From Tubiluchus corallicola (Eukaryota > Animalia > Priapulida), in the NCBI GenBank assembly GCA_030141605.1, contig JAQGDQ010000148.1, positions 372,001-436,000 of the forward strand: a DNA stretch of 64,000 nt, given 5' to 3'. Shown piece after piece: positions 23,801 through 33,500 of this stretch. Numbering within the stretch: position 1 is the stretch's first letter; each line of letters opens with the position of its first letter. The notes under the pieces were generated by a model. The model was not told the DNA's origin. It did not search any database and saw only the letters and a program-made list of their open reading frames with translations. Position numbers and translations under genes: made by a program.

Positions 23801-26800
23801 AGTTTCACTTTTTTTGGTGGTGTTACATCCTCATACATAGCTCCAACCATAGCTTCTGCATTTAAAGCAGCTATTCTCCGTTTTCTAGGCCTTCCTTTGT
23901 TGTGCTTTCTCCCCTTACCAAAGCCTGCATCTCTGCCTTCTTTATTTTTTTCATTCATAATTCTAGCTCTAAGCCTAGTCACAATTTTCTTGGTTTTAAT
24001 TGCAGGCATTCTCTTTTTTGCAGATTTTTGAGATAATTCACTAAACTTTTTACCAATTGCTGACAATTTTCTTGCTGTTTTGGTGCCTAACTTTTTTTCC
24101 CCACCATGATAACTAACTTTGTTGCTGTCAAAATTTAGCACAAATGGTATCCGCTCTATATTGATTGATATGTCGTTATCAATTCGCTGAAATTTCACAA
24201 TCGGCTCCTTATTAACATCTGTCACACTGCACGTGACACAACGATGCGTCTCTGTCCAACTACAGTCCTTGACCAGATGGCGACACCTTCTACAGCGAGA
24301 GCTACCAACACTCGATTCATTCACATAGCTGAAAATGATGCAGAAAATTATTTCACGTAACAGTATATAAAAACAGAGCTATGGATCCTAATTTTATCGA
24401 TACAAAATGTGTGTATTTCCATCCAAGGTGTGTGAGCATAGGTGAGTGATATGATAGGCCCAAGGGAAAGACTATTACTTTACTAAATTGTGCAATGATA
24501 GAAGTGACTCCTCATATATTACAATCCAGAAAATGCTAATAAAAGCAGTATGTGTTTGAAAGTATTGTTGGCCAAACACACAAGCTTTCATAGCTAAATT
24601 CAATGCAGGTAGAATAAAAAAATCTGACTGAAATGCAAAAAAGCTTCGGAATTGCAGGATACTCTAGACACTCGTGAATTACAAATTTGATAAATAAAAG
24701 CTTCTGGATTCTTCTGGATTTCTGCTGGATTTACTACCACTTCGTCATAATATTTATAATAAATTAAGTACTATGTACAGAATCTATTAAAAAAACAATA
24801 CTCAATTCTCGACCCTAGCATAAAAGGAACAATAATACTGGAAGGGAAAATATTACTTTATTTAAAATGATTTACATATAAGAACCTATATATATAAGCC
24901 TACTTTCATTAGTTTTCCATTGCTGCACGCTTTCAGCTATTTATATTTAAATGGACAACAGCGCCTGCAAATTGTGCAAAAATAGGCATTACCTGATCAG
25001 CAGAATATGTCCTGTGGCACAAAGACATCACTTTGAAATCACACCTCAGCCCTCCAATTACAGTAGTTGCCGCTTAATAGATTCACTTTGGGACCGAAGT
25101 GTTTTGACCAAATTAACTGATTGAATCTATTAACCGATGGGCATAGTATTACCGGTATAGAAGTGTGAGTCATCAACTTAGTTTGCACTGCAAAGGCTTT
25201 TAATGAATATTAAAAACGAAGTAATGCCTAAATTCCTTTGCACAGTAAAAACTTTAAAAATATATTTTGAAATATTATTTTATATAAGTGAATTAGCAAT
25301 AAATTAAAAAGTATACTTTTCTAAATCACATAAGTCTGTTTATTTGCAAAAATTACAAAAAATTCCTTCAAAGTCAGCTGCTTCATTTTGTCGCAAGGAA
25401 GTTGGCTCACAAAGTTCTCACTATTATGAAAATGTTGAAAATCTGTTACTGTGTGATGCACTTATTCAAGTAAAACATTTAGCGATTGGCGTGCTTGAAC
25501 TGCAGTTTTTCAAACTTCTTAACTTTATGCTCTGATTTGCTGTATGATGTTTACATGTTTACTCTCTTTTAAGACACAAGGGATACTGGCTGATTACTGT
25601 ACCGGCATCTTTGATTAAGCGTGAAAGTGTGATTTGCAACAAGAGCTTCAAAAGAAAACTGCTAGACAAGTGATTAAGTGTTAGGCTTCCAGAAATTCTT
25701 GGGCAACAGGTTAATATATTCAAAGCAAAACCGCTACGCTACCGTATTAGCGCATGATAAACGTACTTGCTTACAAACAAAACGGTACTTAACATGATTA
25801 TTTCTACATATATAATGCACAAAAGGGAAGTAAAGATGACATAAAAGTAGGAACAATTACCGATAGTTTTTATGTATATTTGAATAGAAGAGGCCCGTTC
25901 CAGGCGTTTTTAAGTCAATTAACAGTGAGTCTATTAAGCGGTGACTACTGTATAACATAAAAATTTGAAACTGTGGACCTTTTTTAGTTTTTGTGTTTCA
26001 TAGTTCATTGTTGCACAGATGGGCCACATATTTCATTTTCGCTTTAGCAAACTTGAATCAAATGCCTCTGGTGCCACTACAAAATTTCCCCCACTTATGA
26101 CATACCATCACTAACTGTGCTCTAATTCTACACTAACACTGAGAGTTGAATTATCAGAAATATTTTGGCAATTGTTCTAAGAATAAAATGAACAGGACCA
26201 GTGGTGACTCAGCTAAAATTAGTGGGGGTGCTGGGTCGTCAGAAAATTTTTAGTCATTGTTTTAATACTTGTATTTAAATGAAAGGAACATATGTAATCT
26301 TAATGTTGTAATTTGTAAATGTAATTTTAAACAAACAAACATATGAAAGTTTATACATAAACTTAATAAAAACCTAAACAAAAAAATATTTCTTGTTTAC
26401 TAATAGCCTAAACTGTCGCAGTTCAATCTTGGTCCATTCACGGTAAGCATGCAACAACTGACAACAAACTGTGTGAGCGACAGTACTTTCTCTACCTGGG
26501 CACAGACATGTGCGTATGACCGAATGCGCACAATGGCAACACAATGTGTTGCTGGAGCCTACTATGCTGGGTTGTGAAGCAAACAGTACTACCCTCACAT
26601 GCTCTGGTTCTGCACATGTATAAAGAACTAAAAAAGAGATTTATTATACTGAATATTATATTCAGTGAAAATAATGGGTGCTGCAGTTCCACAATACCTA
26701 TACACGAGCTGTCATTGATCAGGACATAAGATCAAAATAGGGCAGTATCTAAAAAAATTGTCCTGTTTTCTTTTAAGTTGTTGTATGCTCTTGTTTTACT

Positions 26801-28996
26801 CTTTGTTGTACATGTAACCATGTGTGGAAACTTATGACAAAACTTGAGCACTATAAAAAAGATAAAGGCTCAAAGAGGTCACTTGCACTCTTCTGAGGTA
26901 AATGCACAAGTAGAATGATCACAGTTCCTAAACTCTTGCTATTTTCTGCTAATGCTGATGCTAAAAATGAATACTTATTTTAATGGTACATCAGCTCATG
27001 AGTCCATCATTCTTGCCAGTTGGTAACACTATAAGCTTTTCATAATATCAAAGTGCTTATAGCACCTGGGTTGCTATCTGTTAAAACAATTACCCCAATT
27101 AAATTAAACTAACTTTCGTAATCTTTCATAATAGTTTTGGCTTCTTAAAGCATGTCTGCTGTCGTCTTCAATCTCTCCTTAAACCAGTGGCGTCGTGCCA
27201 TAGGGGCCCGGGCCCCCCAATTTTTTTAGAAAATGTCAAAAATTTGAAGGGCGTCAGCGGCTCGTAATGAGACCGGTAAGCAAATTTATTTCCGACTTTT
27301 TGACACGCGGCCAGCGCTCCATAAATGCGAACAGTATGAGCATGAGTATGTGTTTACCTGAAAGTCAGGATGTAGTTAATTTGTTTGCATGTAATCTATC
27401 TATTCAGGAGGCAGGCAGGAACAATTAACAAAGCAGCTCGTCAAGCAGCATTAGCGTCTTTGCACATTAGACTGTTAGTTAACAAAACGGCTCAGTTAGC
27501 ACTCGAGCTTCGTTCAGCAGTGTGTTATAATAGAGAATAAGTGAAATAATAGAGCAAAAACAATGCAAACATTGAAGTCATGTTGAGCTAGCCTAGTACC
27601 AGAGAGTCAGTTTGTCGAGTTAGCCTAGTACCAGAGAGTCGGTTTGGGAGATACCAATTGATGAGCCACGGCTCAGCCACCTCCTGATTGGACATTGCCG
27701 ACTCTTTGCTACTCCTTAGTGACTCTTTCCCACGAGTTTGCTGCATAAAAGGGCGTGATTTTGAGCACATTTCATCATTTTTCGCCTGCTAGGAGAATCT
27801 CTGCTAGTTTTCGCTGCGAATTTTCACGTGATTCTATATTTCTTAAACGATGTCAAGGCAGTCCAATCTGACTTCACTTTTCAAGTCCAACCGTGTTCCC
27901 GACCCAAGTTCTACGGCGTCTGTATCTACTGTAACGTCGATTCCAACAGAACGAATCCAAAAGGATGAGTACATCCGTCGGTACTTAAAGTCTGTCGTTG
28001 AGCTCTTCTGGAGTGATGTTCTGCGTCGGATTCCTGACAGCTGATAAATACTTAATTAAATTTTAATTTTAATTAAGTTTCCGTTGCTATAGCTTTAAGT
28101 TAAATGCCATGTTAAATAAATCGTTTTTCTTGCAGGCAAAATACTGTTTATTTTTTTCAAAATTAAATTTTTAAAATTTAAAATTCAAATTTAAACAGTT
28201 AAAATCCGCCATTATAGTCGCCCCCCCCCATTTTTTTGCGTGCACGACGCCCCTGCCTTAAACAGGTTTAAATTTGTTTACTAATCAGTAATCACACTAT
28301 CTGATAAACTGTGCTACTTATTCACTATGCGGTAAGAAAAATGCTTTTCAGTTAGTTACTTAGGGCTTGAGTTTTTCAGAATCACCATGAGTGGGCAGTA
28401 AAGGTACTGCATTGAATAATTTATCACAGCTAACAACTGTCTCCATTTAGGCAGGTACACACCTCAAACAAATCAGCTGTTTCTCCTCTCTATTGAAGTA
28501 AACATACATGCATCTCATACAAACATACAGAAACTAATATGCTTCTACAAGCAGTAGATTCTGAAATGTAACTAAAGGCAGCCATAGTTTTCCATTTATC
28601 TACACAATTATCCAAAAAATCATTGATATTATTCATTTTGCAAGATGTGCACAGCTTTGCACGCAAAGATTTTTAGCACTAAATTTTGGAAAAACAATAA
28701 TAATATGACAATAAAACACCATTACTGGACCAACCTTAAAATCATTTGCTGCTTTTTTGTTGTATTTATAAACTAAACATCATCTAAGATTTTCATTCTC
28801 AAAGTCAAACCGAATGAAACAGTGAGACAGGCAGTTTTAATTGGTGGCCAGGGGTTAAAATTACAATAAATCGCCAGTATTTCAATTAACGCAAGCCTTA
28901 CACCAATAATGCCAAAACATACAACTGACAAACTATCTACAAACTAATAATAAAATGACAAAACTACTGCACTTACTTAACATTTTTTGGCCACAT
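14625..28996 (-). CDS. BAHD1: BAHD1-like bromo-adjacent homology domain protein (gene span; 9 coding exons, about 1306 aa)
   Basis: Exons 28996-28977, 24328-23170, 22789-22631, 19783-19691, 19608-19431, 18859-17067, 16363-16201, 15890-15722 and 14811-14625 total 3921 nt in frame. C-terminal BAH domain ([73 protein letters not shown]). Two R-x-A-[SA]-LNA motifs typical of BAHD1. Confidence 0.88.
15722..15890 (-). CDS. BAHD1: BAHD1-like BAH domain exon 2
   Basis: [17 protein letters not shown]...[30 protein letters not shown]. Confidence 0.92.
16201..16363 (-). CDS. BAHD1: BAHD1-like BAH domain exon 1
   Basis: [48 protein letters not shown]. Confidence 0.9.
17067..18859 (-). CDS. BAHD1: BAHD1-like large low-complexity exon
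   Basis: ORF 17043-18899; tttacag acceptor and CAG|gtacat donor; ends [17 protein letters not shown], resembling the pre-BAH segment. Confidence 0.88.
19431..19608 (-). CDS. BAHD1: BAHD1-like exon (Pro/Tyr-rich)
   Basis: tatag|GCT...CATG|gtacgt, phase 0 to 1. Confidence 0.75.
19691..19783 (-). CDS. BAHD1: BAHD1-like symmetric 93-nt exon (possibly optional)
   Basis: ctag|ACT...TCT|gtaagt; open only in the required frame; can be skipped without a frameshift. Confidence 0.5.
21636..21850 (+). pseudogene. THAP zinc-finger transposase N-terminus, disrupted
   Basis: [22 protein letters not shown]...[35 protein letters not shown]: C-x4-C...FP..W...VC pattern with stops and frameshifts. Confidence 0.75.
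22203..22415 (-). pseudogene. truncated second ORF of the transposon (resembles the pre-SWIM segment of YqaJ-exonuclease ORFs)
   Basis: [18 protein letters not shown]...[21 protein letters not shown]...TIKA; recalled similarity only. Confidence 0.45.
22631..22789 (-). CDS. BAHD1: BAHD1-like exon
   Basis: tttag|GAA...CAG|gtatgt, 159 nt, phase 0-0, open. Confidence 0.75.
23170..24328 (-). CDS. BAHD1: BAHD1-like large basic exon
   Basis: ORF 23152-24324; ttttcag acceptor and AAA|gtaagt donor; contains [12 protein letters not shown] and [12 protein letters not shown]. Confidence 0.85.
25061..25950. mobile_element. Tc1/mariner(pogo)-type non-autonomous element, copy 1
   Basis: TA|cagtagttgccgcttaatagattcact ... 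agtgagtctattaagcggtgactactg|TA (27-bp TIR, TA TSD); second copy at 52002-52776. Confidence 0.88.
26199..26717. mobile_element. old hAT-like MITE
   Basis: degenerate TIRs cagtggtgactc / gagctgtcattg, internal gggtgctg motifs at both ends, 8-bp TSD aacaggac / atcaggac. Confidence 0.55.
27185..28255 (+). mobile_element. young hAT deletion derivative with residual mini-ORF
   Basis: perfect 8-bp TSD ccttaaac (27177-27184 and 28256-28263); TIRs cagtggcgtcgtgc / gcacgacgcccctg (13/14); internal ORF 27850-28044. Confidence 0.9.
28977..28996 (-). CDS. BAHD1: BAHD1-like first coding exon (MWPKNV N)
   Basis: ATG at 28996, preceded by an in-frame TAG; donor AA|gtaagt is phase 2, matching the acceptor at 24328. 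Confidence 0.6.
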
Positions 28997-29250
28997 TCCC
29001 GAAAACTAAGAAACATCAGCGCCATCTACAGACGAAAAAATGAATTGACTCGCGGCTAAGAAACATTGGCCGCTGGCCAACTTTTTCCGAGGCAGTGGCT
29101 TAATTATGTGATTAGTCATCACTATTGCTTTCAAAAAAAGCCCAGACAAGCTGCTGGCTTACCGTGTATATTCCATTTTTTCATAAAAAAGCAAATATTA
29201 TTACAATCAGGGCAATTATTCACACTGTTGTTTTCAATGTTGCTGCCAGG

Positions 29251-29590
29251 ATCATCATCGTCATTTTTATCAGGTAATCCTCATTATTGTTGTTGTCATC
29301 ATCATTATCATCACCGATCATACTCACCACTACCACAATAATCATCATTGTTGTTGTGTTAGTCATGATCAGCTCACCTTCCCTTGTTATAGTCGTGATC
29401 ATCACCACCTTAATCATCATCATCCTGATTATCTAATTTCTAACCATTATCCTCATTATTATTATTATAATTACTGTCTTTAAATTAAGTCATCTCTAAA
29501 TTCGTTATCATCTTCGACATCAATATTAATTGTCATCATTACTATCGTTGTCGTCAGCGTTGTCGTCATCATCACTCCCGTCATAATCAA
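29251..29590. repeat. degenerate (ATC/ATT/GTC)n trinucleotide low-complexity tract
   Basis: runs such as atcatcatcgtcat, attattatta, gtcgtcatcatc. Confidence 0.85.
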
Positions 29591-29650
29591 ACAAAAGTAA
29601 TATGATCCTTCATAATAGCTGAAACTTGATTATACCATTGACAGGAACTT

Positions 29651-29880
29651 GAACTAAAGGGAACTTAGTAGAGGTGCAGATCTAGACACACAATTTCGCT
29701 TGAAGTCGTTATACAAAAAATATTTTTTGCATTTTTTGACTATGTGACCTTGACCTTTGACCACAAAATTGGTTTTCGAGTCTTCACTACACTTATCGTT
29801 ATATATGCCAATTTTCGTGAATACACCTTCATAAAATTTAATTTTTTACTGTGAGGACACGTACTAATTAAACGACAAAA
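29651..29880. mobile_element. Helentron/HINE-like non-autonomous repeat fragment
   Basis: contains tgaccttgacctttgacc followed by tatatatgccaattttcgtgaa, a motif pair I recall from rolling-circle-associated MITE-like repeats of marine invertebrates. Confidence 0.5.
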
Positions 29881-30465
29881 CTGAACTATAAGCCGGGACA
29901 GTAACATCGATGCTGTATAGAGTAATGTACTAAAATGTGTAGGAGTGTGCGTATCACCTACGATTTCTAAATTTAAGTATGCCTTATTTCGTTTATTACC
30001 TCATCACAGCTAGTAATAATATATTTCCATCGGTTGTTTTATACTTTTCAACTAAGTACGTACAGCCTAAATCAGGCACACTGTAATAACGCGATATGGT
30101 CAGACAGTTGCATGATGTATTTGATTTGAATTAACAATGATAATTATTAACAAAACAACAAAATAGTTCAGTAACTGTCTTGCGCAAATGTGGCCTTCAG
30201 TAATGACGAACTTTCCTTTAAACTAACCAAAAATAACTCAGATATGCGGGATACCGTTACTCATATCACATTTCTGAAGCCAAACAGCTGGCGAATCTAG
30301 CAGGCGTGCTCTGGATGGAAAGAGCATCAAACATTTCTCTTCCTTTCAGGTTAATTCTGTGTTATAGTTTAAGAGCAGTTACGTCCCCAGTATTAGGCTA
30401 CGTGTGTAGGATTCATAACACCATGTGTATATTTGTGCGAATGTTATCAATTTAAACAAGAAACA

Positions 30466-30531
30466 ATGGCAGACTCTCAGGAGACAGGCAGTGATTCTGC
30501 CGAGTTAGATGACATCGCTTTTCTGCGAACA
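30466..30531 (+). CDS. RyR: RyR exon 1
   Basis: [22 protein letters not shown]|gtaagt. Confidence 0.9.
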
Positions 30532-33500
30532 GTAAGTACCGACAAAAATCAGTTACTAAAAAAACGTAGAAGTTAATCAGTATTTGAAACAAAGCTTGGA
30601 GTAAAAAGCATTAATAATTTTGCATTGCTCTTAGCAGCTGTTTTAGATTATTAGCAATTTGTGAAACGTGCGTTTCACTCAAATGAATATCTTAATCACC
30701 TCGCTGCATGTACAAAATCTCCCTAAACAATATAATTATAGAGAAAAATCCATTGTGTGTATAATATGCATACTGTGTACCTGAATTACGGCCATATTCG
30801 TGTGTATAATATTCCTCTACGAGAAATATAACTGGGCAGAGCGGCTGGTGAAACATCCTAGAATCGACTCCAGCGTTTAATCCTACCCGTCCATTTGCTA
30901 GCTAGACTCAGTTTTGATTAACTTTCATTTGTATGTGCATATACGTGAATGCGTTTGTGTTTATATATGTATGTACAAACACAAATACCCTACATTAATT
31001 AATTTTGTACGTACGCATTATATATATATAATTAAAGACATGTTCGCTTAACAACATGTGTTTCTTTAAATGCCGATAGTATTATTGTGAAAACCTGTAG
31101 TGCTCTGTATCTTTCATGTTTTAATGCTAGAGTCGAATGTTTAAGAACTGTCGTGTTACGAGCGACTTATGTATAGAAAAGAGTTATTTTGGTGCAGCTC
31201 AGTAAATCAAATTCAAGGTGATTCTTAGAAATAATTCGTTTATAAATATTCTGTAATGTAGAAAAAGGAAAGTCGGGCTTAGCCTGCGGGCCACACAGTT
31301 TGTGGCTTCATCCATTAAACAAATGATCAAAACATTAAAAGGGTAGGGTGCCAGAAGTCTTTCTGCCCCCGGGCGCCACAAGCACTTGCTGCGCCACTGT
31401 TAGCCAGACCTAAAGTTGCTGCACTAGGCAGCCAATAAAGCAAGCATAATAGAGACCAGTCAGCTATTTTCGTTTTCCCAAAGTTTTTCAATATTCATAA
31501 TGTAAATGACTATATGCAAATAAACAAATTTAATATATTATATAATATTTACATAACTGCACTAGAACATCCATAGAGTTAAAGTGGTCTAAACGTTTGT
31601 GCATGTGGCCGTTTGCACGCAAAATTGTGTTTGCCTTGTCATCAAATAAATAACATTATAGCCCTTTTAAAAAAGGCCAAAAAATCATGCATATTTATGT
31701 GTTTTTCAGGACGACACAATATGTCTCAGCTGCAATGTGGTTATGGCAGGACGAGAGTCCATGGCTGGATCAGAAAGAGTCTGTTTGGCAGCAGAAGGAT
31801 TTGGGAACAGAATGTGCTTTTTAGAAAATATTTCTGACAAGGTATCATAATAATTACTTAGAAATAATTGCTGTCTCATAACAGTAAAACTCTATCATAA
31901 TATGTATATATGTATTATATTACAGTTATAGATATGTTTAGATATATAATATATTATAGATATTGTATATCTTTTTCTAAAATTAATGTTTTATCTTGAA
32001 GGGTTTGCACATAATTTTTCTGTCATTTGTCAGATCTGATTGGATTGAAAATTGAAATTGATGTTCGACAAAATTTAACGGTGGTCAAAATCCTGTGTCA
32101 TATTTTAGTAATTCTTAGTAATTTAAAATGTTTATGCCACATGTAAAACACGACTGAGTCAAGCCCAGTGTGCACCTAAAAACTGGCTCGCTAAAAACAT
32201 ATTAATAATGTTGTTGATAAGATAAAGTTAATTTGTACTTTTGCTTAGTTAGTGAAGTGTATATCACAATGCTCTGATTATTTGTCAGACTGTATTAAAC
32301 TCGATTAAATTTCGTACTCAAATAGCAGACTTACTAATTTGAATGGCTGTATACCTTACCTGTCAGTACGAGAGTTTGAATTTGCAAGTTTTATGCTCTG
32401 CTCAATGTGTGGACAGCCAGCATCTAGGTGGTACACAATTTCAAGACGAATTGTTTTAGCCTTAAGTAAAGTGTATTCTCGTCCTTTAAAATGGTTTTAA
32501 ATATATGCGTGTAATTTTAGTGCCATAACACAATTATTAAGCTTTCAACATTGAAAGGAAGTTCAAGTAACTGTTAATTCACATTACAAAATGGTTTATT
32601 GATTGTAATAGGCATGCTGTAATAGCATAATAGGCTATAATATAGCTTTCAATTTTGTAAAAATATTTTTGAATGCTAGAAGCGTGTTTGATACTGCTTT
32701 TTGTACGAACAAATGATAATATTTAATGTAAACCAAATTTATATGAATTTTATCTTTGGTGGCTACCTGTAAGCACAAGGGATGTGTTGTTTCGTCTCGT
32801 GACATATGTTTCGAGTATAACAATGGTTATCATATTAATTAGCATGTAATTAGTGGTCAGCTAGTGAAATCACAGATACAATTACATTTTCATTTCGGCC
32901 GATGCTAATGCTGCGGCGCCAGTGTGCCGCAAAGATTTTTCATCTTGCCGCTCGCCATCATCTTCATTTTGCATGACGATTTGATTTTATGCGTGTATCG
33001 TGCACATTGTGTTACTGTTTTAAAATGATCGCTGGGCTGTATAAGTTGTTTGCGTTTGGTGACTTTCAGTAAAGAAGCCAAATAAAATGATATAGTCAGT
33101 CCTATGACATAGAGAAATTGAGAATGAAAGCAGTTAGTTTTAGTTTTAACAGGATAACAAGAGCATTAAATTTGGGTGAGAAAAATTTGGTCAAAAACTG
33201 GACGTGAGTGAGGGAGGATAACATTTTTATCCATTACATTTAATTTTGAGGCTTTGGGAAATTTTGGCTTTTGGTGAGTAGTTAGTACTTAGTTAGTAGA
33301 AAGCAGCATTAGGTTTGGGTAGCAGATTTGTGAAAGCTGTTCCTGTGTGTTAGTGTCAATGATATTAAGCATACCAATGTAATATTATTGGAGCAGTTAT
33401 GTAGGTAGCTGTGTTTTCTGCTTAATGGAGAGATGGTTAAGTTATGTTACGTTATGAGTTGTTATTGTTTTTTTACCAAATGTAGAATTCATTTTCAACT

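Larger units (their letters stand above)
28997..30465. promoter_or_regulatory. divergent (head-to-head) promoter/5'UTR interval between BAHD1-like and RyR
   Basis: The start codons at 28996(-) and 30466(+) point away from each other and are 1.47 kb apart. Confidence 0.55.

Noticed and set aside
29066-29423. His-rich and Met/Ile-rich ORFs in the promoter gap
   Set aside because: They arise from the degenerate trinucleotide tract.
31270-31398. GC-rich patch ending gctgcgccactg, resembling the right end of a cagtggcg-type MITE
   Set aside because: No matching left TIR or TSD was found, so boundaries cannot be supported.
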